Positions 21,837 through 31,866 of a stretch of 64,000 nt of DNA are shown here, in pieces (the stretch's first letter is position 1; every line of letters begins with the position of its first letter). The position numbers and the translations under genes are program-made. Source of the DNA: Alphaproteobacteria bacterium (GTDB lineage: Bacteria > Pseudomonadota > Alphaproteobacteria > 16-39-46 > JABJFC01); contig JABJFC010000063.1 in NCBI GenBank assembly GCA_018662925.1, forward strand, positions 3,826-67,825. The letters are read 5' to 3'. The notes under the pieces are model-generated. The model was not told the origin of the DNA. It ran no database searches and saw nothing but the letters and a program-made list of their open reading frames with translations.

Positions 21837-23183
21837 TCAATCCTCTTTCACATAAGGGTTTTTGCCAGTCTTTATATTGAGACGGAGAGGCACGCCATCA
21901 AGTGAAAAAGTTTTTCGCAGCCCATTTAGCAGATAACGTTTGTAACTCTCTGGGAATTCTTTGGAGAAATTAGCAAAGAGGACAAATGTTGGGGGGCGAG
22001 ATTTTACTTGAGTCATGTATCGAACTTTTAACCGTCTGCCGCGGATCAAGGGAGGCGTATGATCAAATAGTGCGTCTTCTAACCACCTATTGAGTGGTGA
22101 GGTGGGAAGGCGCTTATTCCAAATTTCATAAAGTTTGAATACCGAATCGAAGAGCTTATTGAAGCCCTCCTTGGCGAGTGCAGAAATAGGAAGGCAGGGA
22201 ATTCCTCGTACTTGGGGGAGTGCTAATTCTAATTGTTGCACGAGATCCTTTAAATAGGCTTTTCTCTGGGAGGGGGTAATCAGGTCCCACTTGTTGAGAG
22301 CGATTAGAAGGCACCTCCCCTCTTCTACGACCTGTCTTGCGATAGTTAAATCTTGTTTTTCAAAGGGAGATGTTGCATCTAGGAGGAGAATGACACATTC
22401 GGCATATTGAATGGCTTTTTTGGTGCTTATGACGGAAATTCTTTCTACTTTTTCCTTTATTTTTGCTCTACGTCTTAATCCTGCCGTATCAATTAAGTGG
22501 ATAGGCTTATTTTTGTAGGACCAGTTAACGCCAATGGCGTCTCGTGTAATCCCGGCTTCTGGGCCAGTCAAAAGTCTCTCTTCGCCAACTAAATTATTGA
22601 TCAGGGTAGATTTTCCAGAATTGGGGCGCCCTACAATAGCCAGTTGAAGCGGAGAGCCTTGTTCCTCATTTTCTGCTTCTGGTACTGCCTTATCAGCAAG
22701 GGGCTTTAAGGCATCATATAGGATTACGAGTCCTTCCCCATGTTCTGCAGATATGGGAAGGGGCGTTTCAAATCCAAGTGCAAAGGCTTCTTGAATATTG
22801 GCTTTGGGGTGATTGCCTTCGCATTTGTTCGCTATAAGAATGACAGGAATTCCAGACTTGTGAAGCTTTTGGGCAAGGTAACGATCAATTTCCGTGAGCC
22901 CCTCGCGGGCATCAATGAGGAAGAGAGCAACGTCTGATTTTAAGAGCGCTTTTTGGCTTTGTTGCCACATGCGGCTATCTAAATGTGTGCCTGATTCATC
23001 TTCGTAACCAGCCGTATCAATAACCGTAAAGGAAAGGTCTCCAATTTTTGCCTTTCCTTCCTTCCAGTCCCTTGTAAGACCGGGTGTTTCATGGACAAGA
23101 GCCGTCCTTCTTCCAACCAGGCGATTGAAAAGGGTTGATTTCCCAACATTTGGGCGTCCTATGATGGCAACGGTTAAGGCCAT
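21837..23183 (-). CDS. der: Ribosome-associated GTPase Der/EngA (tandem GTPase domains)
   Basis: Two G domains (GRPNVGKST x2) and a KH-like C-terminus. 448 aa. Confidence 0.95.
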   Translation of the reverse strand: MALTVAIIGRPNVGKSTLFNRLVGRRTALVHETPGLTRDWKEGKAKIGDLSFTVIDTAGYEDESGTHLDSRMWQQSQKALLKSDVALFLIDAREGLTEIDRYLAQKLHKSGIPVILIANKCEGNHPKANIQEAFALGFETPLPISAEHGEGLVILYDALKPLADKAVPEAENEEQGSPLQLAIVGRPNSGKSTLINNLVGEERLLTGPEAGITRDAIGVNWSYKNKPIHLIDTAGLRRRAKIKEKVERISVISTKKAIQYAECVILLLDATSPFEKQDLTIARQVVEEGRCLLIALNKWDLITPSQRKAYLKDLVQQLELALPQVRGIPCLPISALAKEGFNKLFDSVFKLYEIWNKRLPTSPLNRWLEDALFDHTPPLIRGRRLKVRYMTQVKSRPPTFVLFANFSKEFPESYKRYLLNGLRKTFSLDGVPLRLNIKTGKNPYVKED

Positions 23184-23189
23184 GGGAAC

Positions 23190-24515
23190 CTACTTTAAGG
23201 CGACGAGATCTGCCTCTTCTGTCAAGAAGTAAACGGTCTCATCGGCAACAATTGGGGGCAAGTATGTGGTTCCAGGAAGCTCGATCTCTTCCAACTTTTC
23301 CCCAGTATAAGGCGAGAAAGCAATAGCCTTACCATTTGAACCGGCCAAGATTAATCTATCTCCAGCTAAGACAGGACCAGCCCAGGTTATAGGCTCCTTC
23401 TTGTCTTGCTCACTGTCAAATTTGGGCAATTGGGCAATCCAGCGAACTCCGGCGGATTCACGGGTGAGGCAAATGAGTTCCCCAGAATTTGTTGTGAGAA
23501 AGATGAAGTGTTCGGCTACAAAAGGAGTCTGGCCGCTTCCTATCTCTTTTTCCCAAACACGCATGCCAGACCGCATATATATGGCTGCCATACGACCGCA
23601 GTGGCTAACAGCAAATACAAGATCCCTATCTATTACAGGGGATGCTTTGATTTGTGGGAGGCTGGAAACAGCGTCTGAGCGCTTAAAAGATGTAAGAGAG
23701 TCTTGCCATAAAACTTGTCCATTATCGGTGCGTAAAGCATATATCTCCCCGGAAGAATACGGAACAATGACAGTATCTCCCTCGACTGCCGGATTGGCAG
23801 ATCCGAGGAGACAGGCCGTCTCTGTAATGCCGCGATGGGACCAAAGCTTATCGCCCGTAGCTGCACTAAAGGCTTCTAAGGTATTTTCAAGAGTCACAAC
23901 AAAAACACGCCCATCACTAACGGTTGGAGCCGCTCGGACTGGATAATCTAAGCTGGTTTTCCAAATAACATTTCCATTTTTTTCGTCGAGAGACAGAACG
24001 TCTCCATCGCTCGTTGTGACAAAAATACGGCCATCGAGACACGCAATTCCACCTCCAAGAACAGGAGCACTTTCCCTATCTTCTCGGGAGGTTTCCGTCC
24101 TCCATAATTCGTCGCCTGTAGAAGCGTCTAAAGCTACGACATCATTATCACCATCCACGGCAAAAATTTTGCCTTCATGGAGAACCGGGGTTGATAGAAT
24201 GCGGTGACTGTCGTCAGCTCCACGACCGATGTTTTCTTGCCAACGTACATGGCTCATCCCAGCATTAGCCAATGGGGGCATAGCATGGCTAGCGGAACCA
24301 TGTGCTTGAAGCCAGCTCTTGTTTTTTACGGGGGTACCAATCGTAATCGGAAGGTTCTTCAAAATCGGGTCAGCTTCAATTCCTTCACCGTACAAAATAA
24401 CAGATTGCCTTTCACCAGGCAGAGGGGGCTCGGGGGTTTTCCCCATCCAGTCGCAACCAGCCAGAAGTGGAAACAGGAAAGCTAAATAATATAATTTTTT
24501 CATTCGATCCTTCAC
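23190..24515 (-). CDS. bamB: Outer-membrane protein assembly factor BamB (PQQ-like beta-propeller lipoprotein)
   Basis: Lipoprotein signal with LAGC lipobox. Repeated PQQ-like propeller blades. Conserved yfgM-bamB-der synteny. Confidence 0.8.
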   Translation of the reverse strand: MKDRMKKLYYLAFLFPLLAGCDWMGKTPEPPLPGERQSVILYGEGIEADPILKNLPITIGTPVKNKSWLQAHGSASHAMPPLANAGMSHVRWQENIGRGADDSHRILSTPVLHEGKIFAVDGDNDVVALDASTGDELWRTETSREDRESAPVLGGGIACLDGRIFVTTSDGDVLSLDEKNGNVIWKTSLDYPVRAAPTVSDGRVFVVTLENTLEAFSAATGDKLWSHRGITETACLLGSANPAVEGDTVIVPYSSGEIYALRTDNGQVLWQDSLTSFKRSDAVSSLPQIKASPVIDRDLVFAVSHCGRMAAIYMRSGMRVWEKEIGSGQTPFVAEHFIFLTTNSGELICLTRESAGVRWIAQLPKFDSEQDKKEPITWAGPVLAGDRLILAGSNGKAIAFSPYTGEKLEEIELPGTTYLPPIVADETVYFLTEEADLVALK

Positions 24516-25219
24516 TCTTTTGTTTGATGACGGGAATGTTTCAAGTCACCGGATGTTAAATCTATGTTTTCGCCAGCAGCACTCAATACCATGAGCATTT
24601 GATGCGCCCTTTTCCTCAGGGTCGGGGGAGCATCTGGTGCCTGAACAAGCAGTTTGTAAATTTCTACTGCCTTCACCTTATTATTCAACGAATACTCAAG
24701 TGAACCAACAATCTCAAGTGCAGAAATTCTCCAAGGATTATCCGTTCTTGTTAGGGGTGTCAACTGATCTATAAGCGTTTGCTCTTCTTGCGATCCTAGT
24801 TGAAGAAGCGTCATTCTAAGAACAGCAAGATCTCTAAAGATTGGGTCGATGCTTGATTCAGCTATAAGCTGTTGATATAGAGCGATAGCTTCATCCTTAT
24901 TTCTGCTTGCCAAAAGATGCGCGGCTGTTAATCGAGCGAGAATGCCATATCCAGATTTTTCTTGTTCTCCAATGCGATTTAGGATTTCCTCAGCTTCGCT
25001 TGATCTTTCTTCGGAATTTAAATTTAGAGCTGTAGAGTATTCCTTTGCAATGGCAGAGAGGCGTGAGTTTTCGTAATTTTGCCACAATACGTAAGCTGCG
25101 GTTGCTAAAACAACAGCACTTGCCGCACCTATAATGTATGGTCCGTATCGTTTCCAAAGGGCAAGAAGGTTGTCTTGGCGGACCTCTTGCTCAATTTCCG
25201 AAAATATATCTGTCACCAT
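24512..25219 (-). CDS. YfgM-like TPR membrane protein
   Basis: Single N-terminal TM (YIIGAASAVVLATAAYVLW) followed by a TPR-like helical domain. Overlaps the bamB start by 4 bp. Confidence 0.65.
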   Translation of the reverse strand: MVTDIFSEIEQEVRQDNLLALWKRYGPYIIGAASAVVLATAAYVLWQNYENSRLSAIAKEYSTALNLNSEERSSEAEEILNRIGEQEKSGYGILARLTAAHLLASRNKDEAIALYQQLIAESSIDPIFRDLAVLRMTLLQLGSQEEQTLIDQLTPLTRTDNPWRISALEIVGSLEYSLNNKVKAVEIYKLLVQAPDAPPTLRKRAHQMLMVLSAAGENIDLTSGDLKHSRHQTKE

Positions 25220-25465
25220 TTTCTCCGTCTTTTGGCGGGGCTCCTGAAATCAAGTCTTGCAGAAACCCCAAATTTGTGGAAAATAGAAGTTAGCTCTCTT
25301 GAGCCTATATAAAATTTTTAGCCGTTCGTAAATAGCTGTTGGCAGTTTTTATGTCGATCAATAAAGAATTAAGAGGGCCAAGAGGGATAGAGAGTTTTGC
25401 TTACAGTGGGGGTGCTCTCAGAGTTTATAAGGCTTTTACAAAAAATAAGGCAGTGAGGAACTAAA

Positions 25466-26329
25466 ATGAAATTAATAAAATCTCTAGGAATGAGTTTAGC
25501 ATCTGTGGCCGTTTTGGCGTTGGGTGCTTGTTCTACCCATGACGTGGATGTTCTAAGACAAACGGATCCTGTAGGGACCCAATTTACGAAAGACCTATCA
25601 CAAGAATACCTATATCAGTCCGAAGTTGATGTGGATGATCATGATTTTAGCCAAGCAAGCATAATGGCGCGAAAAGGTCTTCAAGCTTCTGGAGGTGAGT
25701 TGGTTTTTGTAGAAGATATTGGCAGTTGGCCAGAAATTCCTGCAGAGAGCATTCAAGAATTGGCAGAAGGACGCGATGCACTTTTGTATGCCTTTGAAGC
25801 TGGAGCTACCCAAAGAGATACGACTTTGGCTGCTGAAGCTCAAGTTAATTTCGATTGTTGGCTTGTTGCTGAAGCTCATAGATGCACAAAAAAATCCAAC
25901 GATTGTCATAGTGAGTTCGATCGTGTGATGGAAGAACTTGAGCATGGCCCATCAGTTTCCATTGATGAAGAGTTGTTCTTTGCTGGAGAAGGCGTTCCTG
26001 AGGCTTATTTGGTATTCTTTGATCTTAACAGTCACAAAATAGACGCTGGTGGCCTGGCCGTAGTAGAAAATGCTGCCAAGGTTATTTCCGAAGGAGATGT
26101 GAGGGAAGTGACCATTCTCGGCTATACGGACCTTACGGGGCCACAAGCTTACAATCAGAAGCTTTCCGGGGAGCGTGCAAATTCTGCGGAGAATGCTTTG
26201 AGACATTTCTTAGGAGATGATGCAAACAGCGTGCGCATTACAAGCGTTGGTCAGGGCGAAAAAGATCCTATTGTTAAGACAACAAAGGCTAACCGTGAAA
26301 ATCGTCGTTCTGTTATCCTCTTTAGATAA
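25466..26329 (+). CDS. OmpA-family lipoprotein (peptidoglycan-associated)
   Basis: Signal plus LGACS lipobox. C-terminal OmpA-like domain (TDLTGPQAYNQKLSGERANSAENAL...NRENRRSVI). Confidence 0.8.
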   Translation: MKLIKSLGMSLASVAVLALGACSTHDVDVLRQTDPVGTQFTKDLSQEYLYQSEVDVDDHDFSQASIMARKGLQASGGELVFVEDIGSWPEIPAESIQELAEGRDALLYAFEAGATQRDTTLAAEAQVNFDCWLVAEAHRCTKKSNDCHSEFDRVMEELEHGPSVSIDEELFFAGEGVPEAYLVFFDLNSHKIDAGGLAVVENAAKVISEGDVREVTILGYTDLTGPQAYNQKLSGERANSAENALRHFLGDDANSVRITSVGQGEKDPIVKTTKANRENRRSVILFR

Positions 26330-26356
26330 ATAAGAGATATAAATTCCATGTCATTA

Positions 26357-26378
26357 AGGGCCCTTCGGGGCCCTTTTT
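26357..26378 (+). terminator. Rho-independent terminator
   Basis: GGGCCC-TTCG-GGGCCC followed by T5. Confidence 0.75.
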
Positions 26379-26462
26379 GATGACTGACTAATATAATGGG
26401 TATGTTAAAACAGTCAGCGCTTTTCTCTCAATTCGTGTAAAGACGGATATAAAAATTTTGGC

Positions 26463-27152
26463 TTATTCTGACTTGGCCATTCGGAACCCCATCGCAACTA
26501 CGTACATTTCGCTGGATTCTTTCCTGCTAGAGGGTGGTTTGGCATGTGCAACTTTCTTAAAATCTTTTTTAAGGCGCGTGAGAAGGGTTTGTTCGGCCCC
26601 TCCTTGGAAGACTTTTGAAACGAAAACGCCTTCTGGGCCTAGAATTTCGTGGGCAAAATCATAAGCGGCTTCAGCAAGCCCCATAATGCGGATGTGATCT
26701 GTTTGTCGGTGCCCCATGGTTGAGGGGGCCATGTCGCTTAACACAACGTCAGCACGCTTCCCTTTGAGGGCTAGAATAAGTTCATTGTACGTATCGTCCT
26801 CATAAAAATCACCTTGCATCAGGACAGCGCCCGGAAGATCCTCCATTTCTAGCAGATCAAGGGCAAATACTTTTCCATTTTTAGGGGCTTGGACTTTTTC
26901 AATAGTAACTTGTGTCCAGCCACCAGGGGCAGCTCCCAAATCGACTACAATTTTCCCCGGAGAAAGAAACTTATATTTCTCATTTAGTTCCAACAGTTTA
27001 AATGCAGCTCGTGAACGATACCCTTTGCGCTGGGCTTCTTGCACGTAAGGATCACTCAGTTGGCGCCTCAACCACCTTTGGGAAGAAGGTTTGTGCTTTC
27101 TCGCATTTTTAAGTTCTTCCTTAGTTGTTCGGGAGGAGGGTTTCTTTTTCAA
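26463..27152 (-). CDS. rlmE: 23S rRNA U2552 2'-O-methyltransferase RlmE/FtsJ
   Basis: SRAAFKLLELNEKYKF and SAM-binding DLGAAPGGWTQV. Confidence 0.9.
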   Translation of the reverse strand: MKKKPSSRTTKEELKNARKHKPSSQRWLRRQLSDPYVQEAQRKGYRSRAAFKLLELNEKYKFLSPGKIVVDLGAAPGGWTQVTIEKVQAPKNGKVFALDLLEMEDLPGAVLMQGDFYEDDTYNELILALKGKRADVVLSDMAPSTMGHRQTDHIRIMGLAEAAYDFAHEILGPEGVFVSKVFQGGAEQTLLTRLKKDFKKVAHAKPPSSRKESSEMYVVAMGFRMAKSE

Positions 27153-27189
27153 TTGAGTTTTTCCTCAGGAAAATAAAATGTCCAGAACA

Positions 27190-27861
27190 TTATTTGTTTA
27201 ATTGGCCAAGAAGATAAGGCGTCTCTGGAATGATGATTTCATCCATAGCCAATTCAACAGCATCCGGGGAGCCAGGAACGGCATAAATTACGGTTTTATC
27301 CTTTGTTCCAGCACATGCCCTTGTATCCATGGCGAGAAGTCCAACATCTTCAGAGACATGCTGCCACTTTTTGTATGTTAGATAACGGAAAAGCTCGCCA
27401 AAACCCGGCAACTTTTTCTCAATGAATGAGTCTACGGCTTCCACAGTGTTGTTTCGAGGGGCAATCCCCGTGCCACCTACACAAACCACTATGGAAATTT
27501 TACTGGCGGTCAATTTCGATAGGTATTTCTTAATGTTCATCAGATCATTCTTAAGATGTACAACTTTTAGGACGCGATGTCCGGCTCTTTCAAGTTTGTT
27601 TACGGCTACTATGCCACCCTCTTTTTTTCCAGAATCAGAGGTAATGAGGACGGCTGCGTCAAATTTAAGATTTTTAAGCTCCGCGCGTTGGGTCTGAACG
27701 CTTTGAGGAAGAAGCTGGACATTGCTATAGACGGGTGAAATACTGTGGGATCCACATACGGTCAACGAAAACAAAATGATAAAAACTTTGGGACAGGATC
27801 TCACAGGTAACCTCTCGATTCTACAAAGTGGCATGATAAGAGAGATTAATTTCAATGCCAA
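27190..27861 (-). CDS. Molybdopterin adenylyltransferase MogA/MoaB-like (MoCF biosynthesis domain) with unusual N-terminal extension
   Basis: CVGGTGIAPRN and KLPGFGELFR match the MogA/MoaB motifs. About 60 extra N-terminal residues include a signal/lipoprotein-like stretch (RSCPKVFIILFSLTVCGS). The true start is uncertain. Confidence 0.7.
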   Translation of the reverse strand: MALKLISLIMPLCRIERLPVRSCPKVFIILFSLTVCGSHSISPVYSNVQLLPQSVQTQRAELKNLKFDAAVLITSDSGKKEGGIVAVNKLERAGHRVLKVVHLKNDLMNIKKYLSKLTASKISIVVCVGGTGIAPRNNTVEAVDSFIEKKLPGFGELFRYLTYKKWQHVSEDVGLLAMDTRACAGTKDKTVIYAVPGSPDAVELAMDEIIIPETPYLLGQLNK

Positions 27862-27950
27862 GCTCTATTTGTTTCCAATATCTTCAGAGACAGAGATAAA
27901 TTCCTGAAAAAACATTTGCCTTTTGGGTTCTAGATGCTGTTATAACAGGG

Positions 27951-28052
27951 ATGGGAAAGGGAGATTTGGACGAAGGCCTTGGGAACCCGGTCAGATTCGG
28001 AAGAAAGCAGCCGCACCAAGTGTTCTCTCGGGTCAAGTTTATCCCTTTCCCG
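27951..28052 (+). ncRNA. ffs: Signal recognition particle RNA (small 4.5S-type)
   Basis: Conserved domain IV core ACCCGGTCAGATTCGGAAGAAAGCAGCC (compare E. coli CCAGGUCAGGUCCGGAAGGAAGCAGCC). A terminal helix GGGAAAGGGA/TCCCTTTCCC closes the molecule. Sits in the canonical position immediately upstream of dnaX. Confidence 0.75.
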
Positions 28053-28077
28053 CCTGTTAAAAACTGTATAGAGATCC

Positions 28078-29697
28078 ATGCCTAAATCATCAGCAACACC
28101 CTATCAAGTTCTGGCTCGAAAATATCGTCCAACTACTTTTTCGGCGCTCATTGGCCAAGAGGTGCTTGTGAAGGTCCTCCAAAATGCCATCGAAAAAGAT
28201 CGATTGCCTCATGCTTTTATCCTTACAGGTGTAAGAGGTGTTGGAAAAACGACCACAGCGCGGCTTATTGCTCGCGCTATCAATTGCGTGGGAATTGATG
28301 GCAAAGGCAAGGCGACCATAAATCCTTGTGGACAGTGTGATTCTTGTAAAGCTATTTCAGAAGATCGCCATATTGATGTCATTGAAATGGATGCAGCAAG
28401 CCGAACGGGCGTTGATGATATTCGAGATTTAATCGAAGGGGTTCACTATAAGCCAGTTCTTGGGCGCTTTAAGGTTTATATTGTGGATGAAGTCCACATG
28501 CTCTCAAAAAACGCATTTAATGCACTTTTAAAGACTCTTGAAGAACCACCTGAACATGTAAAATTTATTTTTGCGACGACTGAAATCCAAAAAGTTCCTG
28601 TGACTATTCTGTCCAGATGTATGCGATTTGATTTACGCCGTATCGATCAAAAAGTCCTGCAAGATTATTTTGCTACCCATGCGAAAGATGAAGGGATTGA
28701 AATCGAGGAACAGGCTCTGGCCCTTATTGCTCGAGCGGCTGATGGATCAGTTCGAGATGGCCAGTCTCTTTTAGATCAAGCTTTTAATATGGATACCACG
28801 TGTATTACAGCGGACCATGTTCGGAAGATGCTTGGATACGCGGATAAGAGCAAATTATTCGATTTATTTGAAATTCTTTTGAAGGGGGATATTCAAAAGT
28901 CCTTAGGACAACTCCAGGGGTTGTATCAGGTTGGTGCAGAGCCTATGGGGATACTAAAAAGCCTGTTGGATGTAACCCATTGGATTAGTAAATTAAAAAT
29001 ATCCTCTGAGTTTGCAGATGATATAACCCTTTCAGAAACGGAAAGAGTCCGCGGTTTAGAGCTCTCCAAGACTTTGTCTAATGCCGTTCTGCAGAGGACT
29101 TGGCAGATGCTCCTTAAGGGCGTGGGTGAAGTTTCTACTGCTCCGCAAAGTGAACTTGCTATTGATATGCTTTTCATCCGCTTGGCACACGTTAAGGATA
29201 TTCCTTCTGTTGAAGAGTTAAAGCAAGGAGTTGTGAAGCCGGAAGTTTCTCAAACGCCCAACAGCACAGCACCTTCGTTGGCTCAACCAACCGTCCCCCA
29301 CCAACTAAATCAAGACATTTCGCCAAATAGTTTCGAAGAGGTGATTCAATTATTTGATAAAAAGAGGGAAGCCCTACTACATACATACCTTGTTCAGCAT
29401 GTGCGTTTGGTTAATTTCCAAAAGGGCAGGATAGAATTGCGTTTGATGGATCAAGCTCCCAGGGACTTTTGTCAGAAGATAAGTAAATTTCTGACTGAAT
29501 GGACCGGAGAGCGCTGGGTTCTCGTTATATCTGAGCAAGAGGGCCAGAAAACAGTTGGAGATCAAGTGGGCGAGGCCCAAAAGAAGCAAACACAAACAGC
29601 GGAACAGGATCCACTGGTTCAGAAGACATTGGCTTCATTTCCAGGGGCCCAGGTTACTGCATTGAAAAATATTACAATGGAAAAAGCAAAGGATTAG
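28078..29697 (+). CDS. dnaX: DNA polymerase III subunit gamma/tau
   Basis: AAA+ motifs (GVRGVGKTT, DEVHMLS) and the zinc module CGQCDSC. 539 aa. Confidence 0.95.
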   Translation: MPKSSATPYQVLARKYRPTTFSALIGQEVLVKVLQNAIEKDRLPHAFILTGVRGVGKTTTARLIARAINCVGIDGKGKATINPCGQCDSCKAISEDRHIDVIEMDAASRTGVDDIRDLIEGVHYKPVLGRFKVYIVDEVHMLSKNAFNALLKTLEEPPEHVKFIFATTEIQKVPVTILSRCMRFDLRRIDQKVLQDYFATHAKDEGIEIEEQALALIARAADGSVRDGQSLLDQAFNMDTTCITADHVRKMLGYADKSKLFDLFEILLKGDIQKSLGQLQGLYQVGAEPMGILKSLLDVTHWISKLKISSEFADDITLSETERVRGLELSKTLSNAVLQRTWQMLLKGVGEVSTAPQSELAIDMLFIRLAHVKDIPSVEELKQGVVKPEVSQTPNSTAPSLAQPTVPHQLNQDISPNSFEEVIQLFDKKREALLHTYLVQHVRLVNFQKGRIELRLMDQAPRDFCQKISKFLTEWTGERWVLVISEQEGQKTVGDQVGEAQKKQTQTAEQDPLVQKTLASFPGAQVTALKNITMEKAKD

Positions 29698-29700
29698 ATT

Positions 29701-30024
29701 ATGAGAGATTTCACACAAATGATGAAGCAGGCCAAGCAACTTCAAGCACAAATGGAAGAAGTGCAAAAGAAATTGGAGCTACTTGAAGTGACAGGGACTT
29801 CTGGAGCTGGGATGGTTGAAGTAACGATTAATGGCAAGAATGAAGCCAAAAGGGTGAAGATAGATCCTTCCCTTATGAAGGCAGATGAAGTGGATATGTT
29901 AGAAGACCTAATTGTAGCTGCTTTTTCAGATGCTAAGAGCAAAGTAGAGGCTCAGTCATCAGAAGAAATGGGGAAACTGACTGGTGGCATGAAGCTACCT
30001 GGTGGTATGGACTTTCCAGTATAG
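29701..30024 (+). CDS. ybaB: Nucleoid-associated protein YbaB/EbfC
   Basis: 107 aa. Conserved dnaX-ybaB-recR synteny. Confidence 0.9.
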   Translation: MRDFTQMMKQAKQLQAQMEEVQKKLELLEVTGTSGAGMVEVTINGKNEAKRVKIDPSLMKADEVDMLEDLIVAAFSDAKSKVEAQSSEEMGKLTGGMKLPGGMDFPV

Positions 30025-30036
30025 AGGTTAATCTCC

Positions 30037-30636
30037 ATGGAAGGGACGGACCTTCAAAAACTCATTCAGCTATTGGCAAAACTACCTGGTTTAGGCCCCC
30101 GTTCGGGGCGGCGTATTGCGCTACAGCTTATCAAAAAGCGGGAAACATTGCTGCGGCCTCTTAGTGAGGCTATGGAACAGGTTGCGGATACAATTCATAC
30201 CTGTAGTACCTGTGGTAACCTGGATACTCAACCTTTATGTGGTATTTGCGCCAATGCAAATCGGGATAAGAGTCTGCTATGTGTCGTAGAAGATATCGGA
30301 GATCTTTGGGCTTTAGAGCGTTCCATGGCCTATAAAGGATATTATCATGTGTTGGGCGGGACCTTGTCGGCTTTGGATGGGCGCGGTCCCGATGATTTAA
30401 CTATTGAAAAGCTATTGTTACGGGCAAAAGGGGTGGAAATAAAGGAAATCATCATGGCTCTTAATGCGACTGTTGAAGGACAAACCACGATCCACTATTT
30501 GACAGATCGACTCAATACAGAGTGTCCTGATTTGAAAATAACGCACCTTGCCCATGGTGTTCCAGTAGGGGGAGAGTTAGATTACTTAGACGATGGAACA
30601 TTAATGGCGGCCTTAAGGGCTCGACGAGCTGCATAA
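30037..30636 (+). CDS. recR: Recombination protein RecR
   Basis: [11 protein letters not shown] helix-hairpin-helix, C4 zinc finger (CSTCGN...CGIC) and Toprim domain. Confidence 0.95.
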   Translation: MEGTDLQKLIQLLAKLPGLGPRSGRRIALQLIKKRETLLRPLSEAMEQVADTIHTCSTCGNLDTQPLCGICANANRDKSLLCVVEDIGDLWALERSMAYKGYYHVLGGTLSALDGRGPDDLTIEKLLLRAKGVEIKEIIMALNATVEGQTTIHYLTDRLNTECPDLKITHLAHGVPVGGELDYLDDGTLMAALRARRAA

Positions 30637-30639
30637 AAG

Positions 30640-31236
30640 ATGAATCAAATGGATAAGGAAAAAGCTCTCCTGCGCGAAAATGCAAAGAAAAAGCGCTTAG
30701 AGATATGGAATCGTGGTGAGGACTTTCGGGAAGAGGTGGCTGAGAAAATCAAAAAGACTTTCTTCGATACTTTTTTTTTGCAACCTAAATCAAAAGTGGC
30801 TTCATTTTGGTCTATAGGGACCGAAGTGAAGACCCAACCCATTTTGGATAAGCTTTTAGAAAAGGGACATATTTGTCTTCTTCCAACCGTAAGAGGGCCG
30901 GAAAAGCCCTTAGTTTTTCGTATTTGGACGCGCGAAACGGAAATGGTGATTCAAAACTTTTTTAATAGTGTTTCTATTTATGGACCGCCGAAAAAGAATC
31001 TTGTTTGCGAACCTGACTTGATATTAGTGCCTTTACTTGCTTTTGATATACATGGGACTCGATTGGGGTATGGGAAAGGATATTATGATAAATACATAGA
31101 ATCTTTTCGTAAAAAGAAGAAGTTAATCATAGGTCTAGCTTTTGCCGAACAAGAAGTACCCTTTATTCCTGTGAGTACTCATGATGTGCCTTTGGATTTT
31201 GTAATAACCGAAATGGGCTGCCAAGAGTTGGGGTAG
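30640..31236 (+). CDS. 5-formyltetrahydrofolate cyclo-ligase
   Basis: 198 aa with the GYGKGYYD signature. Confidence 0.8.
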   Translation: MNQMDKEKALLRENAKKKRLEIWNRGEDFREEVAEKIKKTFFDTFFLQPKSKVASFWSIGTEVKTQPILDKLLEKGHICLLPTVRGPEKPLVFRIWTRETEMVIQNFFNSVSIYGPPKKNLVCEPDLILVPLLAFDIHGTRLGYGKGYYDKYIESFRKKKKLIIGLAFAEQEVPFIPVSTHDVPLDFVITEMGCQELG

Positions 31237-31255
31237 AACCTTTTTAATTAGACAC

Positions 31256-31858
31256 CTACTTTGTATCCCTTTTCCACAACTCTTTTAACCTCTTAGGTCT
31301 GCCGCTCCCATATTTATAGAACTCATATCGCAAGGGATTTTTTTTTGAATAATCTTGGTGATATTCCTCGGCAGGATAAAACTCAGATGCAGGGACAATT
31401 TGCGTTTGGACGACTTGTCCTAATTCCTTTTCAATGGACTGTTTTGATTTTTTGGCTAAATCCCTTTGTGCATTATTTAGGTGAAAAATTACTGTACTAT
31501 ACTGTTGGCCACGGTCGGCAAATTGCCCATCTCCATCGAGGGGGTCGACATTATGCCAAAAGGCTTGTAGCAGTTCTTCAAAGGTTATCTGGCTGGGGTT
31601 GTAAGTAACCTCAACAGTTTCATAGTGACCTGTCATGCCGGAACTAACCTGTGGATAGGTCGGTCTTTTCACAGTTCCTCCCATATATCCAGATGTGGTC
31701 TTAGTCACTCCTTGTATGGCATCGAACGCTGCCTCCATGCACCAGAAACATCCTCCAGAAAAATAGGCACGTTCTTGTTCGTTTGTTTGGGGTGTCATGT
31801 TGGCTTTTCCGTGAAAACTAAAAAGGAGTATGAAAGAAGCGAAAATATATTTTAGCAT
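31256..31858 (-). CDS. msrA: Peptide methionine sulfoxide reductase MsrA
   Basis: GGCFWCMEAAF catalytic motif. About 20-aa hydrophobic N-terminus (possible signal peptide). An alternative start at M21 would be cytoplasmic. Confidence 0.9.
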   Translation of the reverse strand: MLKYIFASFILLFSFHGKANMTPQTNEQERAYFSGGCFWCMEAAFDAIQGVTKTTSGYMGGTVKRPTYPQVSSGMTGHYETVEVTYNPSQITFEELLQAFWHNVDPLDGDGQFADRGQQYSTVIFHLNNAQRDLAKKSKQSIEKELGQVVQTQIVPASEFYPAEEYHQDYSKKNPLRYEFYKYGSGRPKRLKELWKRDTK

Positions 31859-31866
31859 GTTTTTAC

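Noticed and set aside
23401-23946. 181-aa ORF antisense to bamB, plus other 60-150 aa ORFs nested in sucA, dnaK, pstA, maeB, mutS and elsewhere
   Set aside because: All nested in or opposite to strongly supported genes, with low-complexity translations. Treated as spurious.
28078-29697. Programmed frameshift site (A AAA AAG type) in dnaX
   Set aside because: No obvious heptameric slippery sequence seen in the expected region. Cannot be supported from sequence reading.
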